Below, piece after piece: positions 39,670 through 49,191 of a stretch of DNA of 64,000 nt. Made by a program: the position numbers and the translations under genes. Numbering within the stretch: position 1 is the stretch's first letter; each line of letters begins with the position of its first letter. Location: assembly GCA_034180305.1 (NCBI GenBank), contig JAXFOR010000005.1, positions 139,758 through 203,757 on the forward strand, given 5' to 3'. Under the pieces are notes generated by a model, which saw only the letters and a list, made by a program, of their open reading frames with translations, was not told where the DNA came from and searched no databases. Source of the DNA: Finegoldia sp. GTDB taxonomy: Bacteria > Bacillota > Clostridia > Tissierellales > Peptoniphilaceae.

Positions 39670-41727
39670 TTATTCAAATATTTTATAGTCGCAGTCCTCA
39701 TTACTGCACTTTGTTATGCTTCCCTTCCTATTTTTTCTGTGAACCAAAAGTGATCCACATTCAGGACATTTTTCCCCTGTTGGCTTATCCCAGAGAGCAA
39801 AATCACAATTAGGATAATTTTCACAGCCATAAAAGACTTTTCCCCTTTGGGAAACTTTTTCTATAATCCTTGATCCACACTTAGGGCATTTTACATGAGT
39901 ATCTTTTACTATTGATTCAGTGTATTTACAGTCAGGGAAATTACTACATCCTATAAATTTTCCATTTCTTCCATGCTTATAAACAAGATCTGACCCACAT
40001 TCAGGACATTTCTTTCCTGTAGGCATATCCTTAACTTTTAGATTGTCATCTGCCTTTTTTGCCTTTTCAAGATCCTGGTTAAAATCTGCATAGAAGTCTC
40101 TTATTACACTTTTCCAATCCACATCATTATCCGCTATCCCGTCGAGTCTTTCTTCAAGCTCTGCTGTAAATTTTTTGTTAATGACATCTTCAAAATATTC
40201 CATCAAAAATTGATTAACTTTCTCTCCTATCTCTGTAGTGTAAAACTTTTTCTCTTTTAGCTCTACATAATTTCTAGATAGGATATTAGTGATTATAGAT
40301 GCGTAAGTACTTGGTCTACCTATTCCTTCCTTTTCAAGAGTCTTTACAAGAGATGCTTCAGTATATCTCGGCTTAGCTTGCGTAAAGTGTTGGCTCTTAT
40401 CTATTGCTTGTGACTTTATGGTTTCTTTTTCTTCCAGGTCAGGTAGGATTAGGTCCTTGTCACTTAAACCGTAGACCTTAGTAAATCCATCAAAGGCAAG
40501 ATAAGATCCACTGGTTCTAAACTCATATCCCTTATTTAACATGATTACAACTTTCGATATAAACTTAGCCGGTTTCATTTGACTGGCCAAAGTTCTTTCC
40601 CAAATAAGTTTGTATAACTTGTATTGGTCATCGCTTAAATATTTTTTTATTTCATTAGGCCTTCTCAGTATGGAGCTCGGTCTTATGCCTTCGTGAGCAT
40701 CCTGAGATCCCTTTTCCTTCTTAGAATAAGAATTGCTCTTGCCTAAATATTCTTTTCCAAACAGATCATTTATAACTGTCCTGCTCTCATTTATGCAGGT
40801 AGTTGATATCCTTGTAGAATCTGTTCTCATATAAGTTATTAGACCGGCAGACCCTTCCTTGCCCAAACTTACCCCTTCATAAATTTGCTGAGCTATTCTC
40901 ATGGTTTTAGAAGTAGAAAAACCTAACTTTTTATAGGCTTCTTGTTGTAGGGTTGAAGTAGTAAAGGGAGGATAAGGATACCTGTTTTTACTTGACTCTT
41001 TAACAGAATCTATGTAAAATTCATCGCTTAGGTCTTGCAAAATCTTATCTGCAGCCTCTTCATTTTCAATTATATTGTTTGTGTCAGGATTTTTGTAGTT
41101 AAGTTCAGCTTGAAATTCCTTATTATCAACCTTAAACTTTGCTATAATCTTCCAAAATTCTTCAGGTACAAACTTTCTAATCTCTTCTTCCCTTTCGCAT
41201 ATAAATCTAAGGGCTATTGATTGAACCCTTCCTGCACTAAGGCCTGACTTTATTTTTTTCCATAATAGCGGAGAAATAGTGTAACCTACTATCCTGTCTA
41301 AAACCCTCCTGGCTTGTTGAGAATCAACCAAGTTTTTATCAATAGCCTCAGGTTTTTTTATGGAATTTTTTACTGAATCCTTAGTTATTTCATGAAATTT
41401 TACCCTATTGTTCTCATTAGGATCTATTCCTATCAAATTGCAAAGGTGCCAAGCTATAGCTTCTCCCTCCCTATCAGGGTCGGTAGCTATGTATACTTTA
41501 TCGGCTTTTTTTGCCTCTTTTTTTAAGGAATTTATAATATCCGCCTTTCCCCTTACATTTATATACTTAGGCTCAAAGTCATTCTCTATATCTACCCCCA
41601 TAGTACTCTTAGGTAAATCTCTAAGGTGACCTACTGTTGCCATTACCTTATAATTATTGCCAAGCATTTTTTTAATTGTCTTTGCCTTGGTAGGTGATTC
41701 CACAATAACCAAATTTTTATCCGCCAT
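39670..41727 (-). CDS. topA: DNA topoisomerase I
   Basis: IVESPTKAK, ATDPDREGE, ITYMRTDS, three C4 zinc ribbons. Confidence 0.98.
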   Translation of the reverse strand: MADKNLVIVESPTKAKTIKKMLGNNYKVMATVGHLRDLPKSTMGVDIENDFEPKYINVRGKADIINSLKKEAKKADKVYIATDPDREGEAIAWHLCNLIGIDPNENNRVKFHEITKDSVKNSIKKPEAIDKNLVDSQQARRVLDRIVGYTISPLLWKKIKSGLSAGRVQSIALRFICEREEEIRKFVPEEFWKIIAKFKVDNKEFQAELNYKNPDTNNIIENEEAADKILQDLSDEFYIDSVKESSKNRYPYPPFTTSTLQQEAYKKLGFSTSKTMRIAQQIYEGVSLGKEGSAGLITYMRTDSTRISTTCINESRTVINDLFGKEYLGKSNSYSKKEKGSQDAHEGIRPSSILRRPNEIKKYLSDDQYKLYKLIWERTLASQMKPAKFISKVVIMLNKGYEFRTSGSYLAFDGFTKVYGLSDKDLILPDLEEKETIKSQAIDKSQHFTQAKPRYTEASLVKTLEKEGIGRPSTYASIITNILSRNYVELKEKKFYTTEIGEKVNQFLMEYFEDVINKKFTAELEERLDGIADNDVDWKSVIRDFYADFNQDLEKAKKADDNLKVKDMPTGKKCPECGSDLVYKHGRNGKFIGCSNFPDCKYTESIVKDTHVKCPKCGSRIIEKVSQRGKVFYGCENYPNCDFALWDKPTGEKCPECGSLLVHRKNRKGSITKCSNEDCDYKIFE

Positions 41728-41757
41728 CTCTATCCTTCCTAAAGTAATAAAACTTTA

Positions 41758-42294
41758 TTACTTACTAAATATCTCCTTTAACTCCTTTATAGATTTTCTG
41801 CTTATCTCATTTCTATCAAGCTTTAAATCCTCTATTATACTATCCAAATCATCTTCATTTTTAACTTCTATTTCCAAGTACGGAAAAGGGAAAAATTCTT
41901 TATCCCAGCTATCAAAGTCAAACCTGGCATTCTTATAGGCAAAAGATTCCCTCTCCTTCTTAGTGGCTTCAAAAATATCGAAACCTAGAAGTTGTAAAAT
42001 AGCTTTCATATTTTCCAAGTCATCAAAAATTACAGTATACTCATCATAGCTTCTTACAAGCTTATCAGCGACCCTCTTTTTATAAGTTAGCTCTTTTCTT
42101 GAAATATTTTGATAGCTATCTTCTAATATTCTTATTCTCATATAGTCCAGATCCTTAATAGGATTAGCTGATGAATCTATAAGGATATTATCCTGATACT
42201 CATGAGCCAAGATCTTAGCTCCTTTTGATATTATATCTTTCTTTATTTTATCTAAATTTTTTGATAATACTTTTACTTCTAATTCTTTTTCCAC
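41758..42294 (-). CDS. CYTH domain protein (class IV adenylate cyclase / triphosphatase fold)
   Basis: N-terminal ELEVK (ExExK), KERESF, YLEIEV. Confidence 0.88.
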   Translation of the reverse strand: MEKELEVKVLSKNLDKIKKDIISKGAKILAHEYQDNILIDSSANPIKDLDYMRIRILEDSYQNISRKELTYKKRVADKLVRSYDEYTVIFDDLENMKAILQLLGFDIFEATKKERESFAYKNARFDFDSWDKEFFPFPYLEIEVKNEDDLDSIIEDLKLDRNEISRKSIKELKEIFSK

Positions 42295-42296
42295 AC

Positions 42297-42977
42297 CTAG
42301 CTCCTAATAAGTACGGGCTTAAAATCTATATAATCAGATGATACACATTTTACATTGATTCCGTCAATCTTACCTTCAACTATATTTGCATGGCCAAGTC
42401 CGTGAAGGTGACCATATACAAGATCTGTAACCTTATATTTTTTCAAAAGGGTAAAGAGGTCGTTTGTTTGCTTTTCTTTATCAAAGGGAGGATAGTGCAT
42501 CATCATTACAATATCTTTGTCATTTTTTACAGAAGACAGGCTCATATCTGCCCTGATAAGTTCCCTTTTAAAAATCTTCTCATCCGCTTCCTTAAAGTCC
42601 TTATTTGTAGGGTCAAGCCAACCTCGTATTCCACAAATATTTAAGCCATCGTAACTTATGCTATCATTTTGTATAAATTTAATCGTCTTAAGGTCCAGCT
42701 TCCTAAGTTTTGAAAGACTATTCCACCAATAATCATGATTTCCTTTAGTTAATATCTTTGTTCCCGAAAGAGAATCTATTCTCTTTAAGTCTATATATGC
42801 AGCTTCTATATCATTTGCCCATGAAAAATCACCGGGAATCAAGACTAAATCGTCATCATTTATAAATTCCCAGTTTTTAAATATTTTTTCTTCATAATTT
42901 ATCCATTTTTCGCCAAATACTTCCATAGTCTTTTCTTTGGTAAAATCCAGGTGCAAGTCCCCTATAGCATATATCAT
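42297..42977 (-). CDS. Calcineurin-like metallophosphoesterase
   Basis: DLH, GDFSW, GNHDYW, HYPP, GHLH. Confidence 0.92.
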   Translation of the reverse strand: MIYAIGDLHLDFTKEKTMEVFGEKWINYEEKIFKNWEFINDDDLVLIPGDFSWANDIEAAYIDLKRIDSLSGTKILTKGNHDYWWNSLSKLRKLDLKTIKFIQNDSISYDGLNICGIRGWLDPTNKDFKEADEKIFKRELIRADMSLSSVKNDKDIVMMMHYPPFDKEKQTNDLFTLLKKYKVTDLVYGHLHGLGHANIVEGKIDGINVKCVSSDYIDFKPVLIRS

Positions 42978-42979
42978 CT

Positions 42980-45217
42980 TTAAAGTCCTATTTTTCTATA
43001 ATCTACTTTTAGTTCGTCCAATATTTCAGATTCTCGTAAGTGACAGGAAAAAATTATAACTTGATTTGTAGTAGAAAGTTGTGAAAGCAATTTTAAAGTC
43101 TTGGTATACCTAATGTAGTCTAATTGGACAAATGCATCGTCAAAGATCATCATATAATCTTCTCCCATAAGCTCTTCTAGAATAGCTATTCTTATGAACA
43201 AGGCTATCTGTCCCAAGGTTCCTGAGCTTAAATTATTCTGTGGGTGAAATTTTTTCCCATCAAAAACATTTACATTAAAATTTTCATCTAAATTATAAGT
43301 CTTATCTGATCGCAGGTATAAACTTATCATTTCTCTAACTTTATCATTAATCCTAGGAATAAAGCTATCTTGTAACCTGTTAGAGCTCTTGTTTATAATT
43401 TCCTGAGCTAAATCTAAGGCCTTTAGCTCATCATTATATTCATCTATTCTTTTATTAACATCAAACAAGCTTTCTTCTTTTTCCATTAATAACTTTGAAG
43501 ATTCTTGAAGATTTCTATATCGCTCTTTTAATTTAGATATACTCACAATGTTAGATTCAAGTTCCTTGTCCAAAATTTCGAGGTTTCCTATGTCATCCTC
43601 CCTTATTTCAGCTACATCATCAAGACTTTCATCTGCAAGTAAGCTAAAGTCATAGTCTGCATTTATCCTTTTTAATTCCCTGTCCTTTTCTTCAACCATA
43701 TCCCTTAAATTATCAAGTCCTGATAATTTTACCATATAGTCATTTATATCTACTTTGCTAAGGCTCTTATTTTCATTTATTAAATGTTTATTCTCTTTTT
43801 CTAGCTTCTTTTCATAAGCTTCAAGCTCATCTAAGCTTTCATAAAGCTCATCTAGCCTATCTTTTAAATTATTAAAGTAAATATAACTTTCTTCTATATT
43901 ATATCCATTCATATAGGCTTCAAGCTCATCGGAACTTTCCATACTTGTATCAAGGCCCAAATTTATAGTAGCTATTTTTTTCATCTTGCCCTTTTGATAA
44001 TGTTTAATCCTAAAATTATAAAAGAAAACTACAAATCCGATTAAAAGAGCAGATACAAGTCCCATTACTATAGTAAATATAAGGCTGTTACTTAAAAAGT
44101 AAATTACAAAAATCATAGCTACTAAGATTAAGGATAAAATATTTCTCCTGTTTGTCAACTTTGAAATCTTACTTTCACTATCCCTGAGTTCTTCAAGAGA
44201 ATCTCTAAAGTTATTTATCAAGTCAATCTTATCTTTGCTTTTTACATAATCACCTTCTAAAATAGTCTTCTCTTTATAGAGGTCGTTATATCTTTTGTTT
44301 ATGCCATTAATACTTTCCTTGTTTTTTTGTAATTTATTGATATCGTCTATGTCTATTTCCTGTAAATATGAAAGGCTATTTATCTCCTCTAAAAGCTCAG
44401 CCCTTTCCTTTAGGAGTTTCATTTTATAAGATCTGACTTCATCCAGCTTATCTATCCTGGCTTTTTTATCCTTAACTTGAAGTCTTTTTTTATTATCTGC
44501 TAATCTTTCATTTTTTTCTTCCAGGCTCTTTAATTTTTTTTCAATCACTCCTACTTCATTGGAGTTTGACCTTAAAATACTTATCTCCGATTCCAGCTTA
44601 TCTTTTTCCTTGTAGAGAAGACCTAAGGGCTTATTTGAGGAATTTTTAGTTCCTATTTCATTTTTATATTTTTTCAGTTTTTCTATTGCCCTTTTAGCTG
44701 AAAAATTACTGGTATCATCAATATTGGAATTTATTAAAAAATCTGATATAGCTTGTGAGCTTTCCTTATAATTTGTAATCTCATAAAGGTCAGATTTTTG
44801 AGTAGCCTGAAAAATATCTAAAGGCATGCAAAAGAAATATTCGCCAGGAAAGGCTAGGTTGTTTTTGTCAAAGCCCTCAAGGTCATTAATTTCACTTCCC
44901 TTTTGCCCATCAAAAATAGAGTAAGTCTTATTTTTAAAGTCCCTGTAAATTATATAGACCTTAGACTTATATTCTATCTCTATACTTCCTTCATACTCCT
45001 CCCCATCCCAGGGTCTATATTTTTCATAATCATTAGTATAGACTGTCCTTTTTGTATAGGGTTTGGTAAAGCCGTAGAAAACGCCTTCTATAAATTTTGA
45101 AATAGTAGTTTTTCCTGATTCATTTCTTCCTTCTATTAGATTCAATCCATCGTAAAAATCAATATTGAAATTGTGAAATTTGCCGAAGGATTTTATATCA
45201 AGTCTTAGTATTTTCAT
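42980..45217 (-). CDS. YhaN/SbcE-like Rad50/SMC-type ATPase with central transmembrane hairpin
   Basis: Walker A GRNESGKTT, coiled coils, LSSGT signature, FDDAF Walker B, FSCH; two hydrophobic helices mid-protein. Confidence 0.88.
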   Translation of the reverse strand: MKILRLDIKSFGKFHNFNIDFYDGLNLIEGRNESGKTTISKFIEGVFYGFTKPYTKRTVYTNDYEKYRPWDGEEYEGSIEIEYKSKVYIIYRDFKNKTYSIFDGQKGSEINDLEGFDKNNLAFPGEYFFCMPLDIFQATQKSDLYEITNYKESSQAISDFLINSNIDDTSNFSAKRAIEKLKKYKNEIGTKNSSNKPLGLLYKEKDKLESEISILRSNSNEVGVIEKKLKSLEEKNERLADNKKRLQVKDKKARIDKLDEVRSYKMKLLKERAELLEEINSLSYLQEIDIDDINKLQKNKESINGINKRYNDLYKEKTILEGDYVKSKDKIDLINNFRDSLEELRDSESKISKLTNRRNILSLILVAMIFVIYFLSNSLIFTIVMGLVSALLIGFVVFFYNFRIKHYQKGKMKKIATINLGLDTSMESSDELEAYMNGYNIEESYIYFNNLKDRLDELYESLDELEAYEKKLEKENKHLINENKSLSKVDINDYMVKLSGLDNLRDMVEEKDRELKRINADYDFSLLADESLDDVAEIREDDIGNLEILDKELESNIVSISKLKERYRNLQESSKLLMEKEESLFDVNKRIDEYNDELKALDLAQEIINKSSNRLQDSFIPRINDKVREMISLYLRSDKTYNLDENFNVNVFDGKKFHPQNNLSSGTLGQIALFIRIAILEELMGEDYMMIFDDAFVQLDYIRYTKTLKLLSQLSTTNQVIIFSCHLRESEILDELKVDYRKIGL

Positions 45218-46290
45218 TAATTATTCTCCAATAAGGCCTTTAAGCCAAGCTCTTTTGCTCGGTTTAGAATTTTTTTATCGGCCTCATTTTTGTTAATTTC
45301 TTCTAAAAAGTATCCAACTATATTAGTTTTATTCAGCTTGTACAAACTTTCAAGGTCTATATTATCCTCAGTCTCATCTATGATTTCAATGTAATCACAA
45401 TACTTACTTAATTCAACTTCCAAAGCCTTAAAATCAAGATCATACTTATCTTCAAGAAGACCCTTTAAAGTCAGACTGACATAATTTTTCTTTCCTTCTA
45501 CTATAGAATCTTTCAGCTTTTCGACCAAGTCGTAATAATTAAAGCTACCACTTAAGTCAAATTCTATATTAGTAAACTTAGATCTTGAACAATCTATGAA
45601 GTCCAAATCTAAGGACCTGTTATCTAAGTTTCCACTTATAAATCCATTGATAGAATTATACTTAAAATTTAAGGGTTCGATAGAGCCGGGGTAAACAAAT
45701 ATATCATTTATAATAGTGGGTTTGTGGATATGCCCAAGAGCTACATAATCAAAGCCTAAATTCCTAACAACATTTATATCAAATGGCATGTAGGAGTCAT
45801 CTTTTGTCAAAATATCAGAATGGATCAAAAGGACATTATGTTTAAACTTATCAAGTTTTAAGCCATCAAAGCCATCAAAAAAGGGATAATTTCTCTTGTT
45901 ATAGCTAACCCCGTAAACATCTACTTCATCATATTCAATCTTTTCGAGATAATCATTTTTAAAAACGTAAACATTGTCAGGTAAGTTTATTTCATCCCAC
46001 AAGCTATCTGTAGATATGTAATCATGATTACCTGCTATTATACAGATCTGACTATTAGTCTTTCTAAAGAGATTGACAAGCCTATTCATATCTAAAGAGT
46101 TAAAGTTTTCCCTATTGTATAAGTCTCCTGATAAAAAAATAAAATCTATTGTCTTATCCCTGCTATAAGATACCATGTCCTCTAAACATGACCAAATATC
46201 CTCCCTTCTAAATCTTGAAAATGATTTTGGAAGGGAAGAAGTTTCAAAGCTTGTCCCTAAATGAAGGTCTGCTGAGTGAATAAACTTCAT
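45217..46290 (-). CDS. YhaO/SbcD/Mre11-like DNA repair nuclease
   Basis: ADLHL, SGDLY, AGNHD, ALGHIH, YPGS. Confidence 0.92.
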   Translation of the reverse strand: MKFIHSADLHLGTSFETSSLPKSFSRFRREDIWSCLEDMVSYSRDKTIDFIFLSGDLYNRENFNSLDMNRLVNLFRKTNSQICIIAGNHDYISTDSLWDEINLPDNVYVFKNDYLEKIEYDEVDVYGVSYNKRNYPFFDGFDGLKLDKFKHNVLLIHSDILTKDDSYMPFDINVVRNLGFDYVALGHIHKPTIINDIFVYPGSIEPLNFKYNSINGFISGNLDNRSLDLDFIDCSRSKFTNIEFDLSGSFNYYDLVEKLKDSIVEGKKNYVSLTLKGLLEDKYDLDFKALEVELSKYCDYIEIIDETEDNIDLESLYKLNKTNIVGYFLEEINKNEADKKILNRAKELGLKALLENN

Positions 46291-46299
46291 TCAAGCCCC

Positions 46300-46533
46300 C
46301 TATTCATCTAAATTTTTTATTTCTTCTTCTAATAAGCTATGCAGTATTCTAATTTCTTCCTCGGTAAAAGTTACTCCTTTGCTCATTCTTGTATGATCAG
46401 GATTCCACTCTCTAATATCGTACTTAGGTTCATAGTCTGACCACTTCACAATATTTAATTCCTTAGTCCAATTATTTGACTTTGTTGATAGTCTTCCTAG
46501 GTTTTCAATAATTTCAAATTTAAATTCTGCCAT
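46300..46533 (-). CDS. YdbC/PC4 family ssDNA-binding protein
   Basis: WTKELN, KYDIREW, MSKGVT. Confidence 0.92.
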   Translation of the reverse strand: MAEFKFEIIENLGRLSTKSNNWTKELNIVKWSDYEPKYDIREWNPDHTRMSKGVTFTEEEIRILHSLLEEEIKNLDE

Positions 46534-46632
46534 AATTCACCTCAAAATCTTATTTATATCATATGATATAGCATTATTTTTAAATATGCAAACTCATGCA
46601 TATGTGTTAAAATACAAAATGAGGTGATTAAT

Positions 46633-46725
46633 GTGAAAAAAAGTAATAGAGCAATGAAAATAATAGCTTTAATTTTGGTACTCATGATGGTAGCACCTTT
46701 TATCTTAAGATTGGTACTTAGTTAA
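46633..46725 (+). CDS. 30-aa single-TM small protein (DUF4044/Prli42-like pattern), absent from ORF track
   Basis: GAGGTG RBS, GTG start, MKKSNRAMKIIALILVLMMVAPFILRLVLS*; stop overlaps recX ATG (TAATG). Confidence 0.7.
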   Translation: MKKSNRAMKIIALILVLMMVAPFILRLVLS

Positions 46726-47339
46726 TGGTCATAACAGACTTAGATTACAATGATAGAAAAGGTAAGTTTATATTAAAGATTAATGGTGAAAAATACATCC
46801 TCGACTACAACAATTTTGAAAAATTTAATATAAGCAAAGGGATGGAAGTAGATCAAGAGCTTTTTGATAAAATTAAAAATATTTCAAACTTTGAAACAGC
46901 CTTTGAAACAGCCTTAAACTTTATATCCTACAAATTGAGAAGTTCTTATGAAGTTAGAAACAAGTTACTGTCTAAGAAATTTAATCATGAGACTATAGAT
47001 AAGGTGCTAGAAAAACTTGAAGATTTAAAACTGATAGATGATTATAGCTATTGTAAAATTTTCATAAACGAAAAGATAAATTCAAGCGATTATAGCAAAA
47101 GAAGGATAGAAAATTACCTCTTTAAAAAAGGAATAAGCAAAGATATCTACAAAGACTACTTAGAAAATCTTTATAACTATGATTTAGAATACGAGAAAGC
47201 TTCTAGTATAGTAGACAAAAAGATAAGGTCTTGGTCAAAAAAATACTCAGGCTACCAGTTAAAAAATAAAATAATAACTTTTTTAATGCAAAAAGGATTT
47301 TCCTATGATATTTCAAAAGAGATAGCAGGTAACTACTGA
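46725..47339 (+). CDS. recX: Regulatory protein RecX
   Basis: ALNFISYKLRSSYEV, LIDDYSY, FLMQKGFS. Confidence 0.9.
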   Translation: MVITDLDYNDRKGKFILKINGEKYILDYNNFEKFNISKGMEVDQELFDKIKNISNFETAFETALNFISYKLRSSYEVRNKLLSKKFNHETIDKVLEKLEDLKLIDDYSYCKIFINEKINSSDYSKRRIENYLFKKGISKDIYKDYLENLYNYDLEYEKASSIVDKKIRSWSKKYSGYQLKNKIITFLMQKGFSYDISKEIAGNY

Positions 47340-47614
47340 TGTATTACGTATATATTTTAAGATGTAGTGATGGTAGCCTATATACAGGCATAACTAATAA
47401 CCTAAAGAAAAGACTTGATGCTCACAATAAAAAAAGAGCAAGTAAGTATACTCGCTCCAGAGTTCCTGTAGACTATGTATTTATAAAAAGCGTAGAAAAT
47501 AAGAGCCAAGCCCTAAAACTAGAGATAAAAATAAAAAGCTTGTCTCGAGATAAAAAGATAGCATACATAAAATCTTTAGAAAATGAGATAGACTCGCTTC
47601 GAGAAAATTTCTAA
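47339..47614 (+). CDS. GIY-YIG nuclease (UPF0213/YazA-like)
   Basis: YYVYILRC..LYTGIT..RLDAH..KYTR. Confidence 0.93.
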   Translation: MYYVYILRCSDGSLYTGITNNLKKRLDAHNKKRASKYTRSRVPVDYVFIKSVENKSQALKLEIKIKSLSRDKKIAYIKSLENEIDSLRENF

Positions 47615-48517
47615 TTACAAGACTAATTTGGTCTTTGACAAAGCTTTTTTAAACTCCAAGTCAGGTTCTCCGTACAAGCAAAGATGTTTTTTTGTAATAG
47701 GATGATCAAATTCTAAATTGTAGGAGTGTAGCATTTGACTTGAAAGATTTATTTTTTCTTTTTTTCTTCCATATAGCTTATCGCCTAGGATAGGATGACC
47801 TATGTAGTCCATATGAACCCTTATCTGGTGAGTCCTTCCTGTTTTTAAACTAACCTCTACAAAAGAGTAGTCCTCATTGTGATTTAGTCTTTGATATAAG
47901 GTCAGAGAATATCTCCCGTCATCTCTAACTGCCATTTTCTTTCTATCGTGAAGGTTTCTAGCTATAGGCACTTCTATTTTCCCACTCTTATCAATTATTC
48001 CATGTACAAGGCACAAGTACCTCTTTTTTATTTTGTGGTCCATAAACATTTCTTTAAGCTTTAGGTGAGTATCATTATCTTTGGCTATTATTATAAGCCC
48101 GCTCGTGTCCTTATCAAGCCTGTGAACAATTCCAGGTCTTGACTCCCCTCCTATATCACTTAAATTTTCAAATTCAGCCATTATATAATTTACTAAGGTA
48201 TCTTTAAATATATTTTCACTGGGGTGGACAATAACATTTTTAGCCTTATTAATTACAGCCAAGTATTCGTCCTCATAAACTATATCCAGATCAGTTTTTT
48301 GCGGATAAATTGTTTTATCAATTTCTTCATAGTCATATTCAACTAAATCGTCAAATTTCAGACTATAATTTTTCTTGCTATACTTTTTATTTACCTGTAC
48401 TTTTTTACCTTCTATGTCAGTTTGGACAAGAGATCTTGAAACGCATACTTTATCTGCAAGATATTTATCTAATCTTGTATTTTCATCTTCTTTATCTATT
48501 TGAAATTTATAAATCAT
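47615..48517 (-). CDS. rluD: RluA/RluD family pseudouridine synthase
   Basis: S4 domain, GIVHRLDKDTSG, TGRTHQIRVH. Confidence 0.9.
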   Translation of the reverse strand: MIYKFQIDKEDENTRLDKYLADKVCVSRSLVQTDIEGKKVQVNKKYSKKNYSLKFDDLVEYDYEEIDKTIYPQKTDLDIVYEDEYLAVINKAKNVIVHPSENIFKDTLVNYIMAEFENLSDIGGESRPGIVHRLDKDTSGLIIIAKDNDTHLKLKEMFMDHKIKKRYLCLVHGIIDKSGKIEVPIARNLHDRKKMAVRDDGRYSLTLYQRLNHNEDYSFVEVSLKTGRTHQIRVHMDYIGHPILGDKLYGRKKEKINLSSQMLHSYNLEFDHPITKKHLCLYGEPDLEFKKALSKTKLVL

Positions 48518-49191
48518 ATATCTTCAATTTGCCAATCTATTTCTTCAAGTCCATGCTCTTTTAAAAATTCATTAGCTTTTATAAAATGATTATTACCGAA
48601 AAATCCTCTATTTGCAGAAAATGGAGACGGATGAGCAGACTCAAGAACTAGACAATTTTCTCCCTTAATCAAATCCTTTTTGCTTCTTGCATTATTTCCC
48701 CATAGCATGAAAACAATTGGTCTTCCACTGGTTGAAAGTAATTCTATAATGTGATCAGTTAAGGTTTGCCAGCCAATATTTTGGTGGGAGTTAGGACTAT
48801 TTTCAATTACTGTTAAACTGCTGTTTAAAAGTAAAACCCCTTGTTTTGCCCATTTTACAAGGTAGCCATTATTAGGAATTTTTAGACCCAGTTCCATATT
48901 TAATTCCTTATAAATATTAACTAGGGACGGAGGAATTTTTACTCCGGGTTTTACTGAAAAGCTTAGACCGTGAGCCTGTCCCCTTCCATGGTAGGGATCT
49001 TGACCTAAAATTACCACTTTACAAGCTTCATAGGGAACAAGCTTTAAGGCATTAAAGATATCATTCATGTCAGGATAAACAGTCTTTGAAAAGTAATCAT
49101 TTATAAGAACTTTTCTTATATTTTGATAATAATCTTTTTCCCATTCATCTTTTAATAATTCGTCCCAGCTGTTACCTATATTAACTGTCAA
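48514..49191 (-). CDS. ung: Uracil-DNA glycosylase (start uncertain, TTG at 49191 chosen)
   Basis: GQDPYH, HPSPFS. Confidence 0.97.
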   Translation of the reverse strand: MTVNIGNSWDELLKDEWEKDYYQNIRKVLINDYFSKTVYPDMNDIFNALKLVPYEACKVVILGQDPYHGRGQAHGLSFSVKPGVKIPPSLVNIYKELNMELGLKIPNNGYLVKWAKQGVLLLNSSLTVIENSPNSHQNIGWQTLTDHIIELLSTSGRPIVFMLWGNNARSKKDLIKGENCLVLESAHPSPFSANRGFFGNNHFIKANEFLKEHGLEEIDWQIEDI

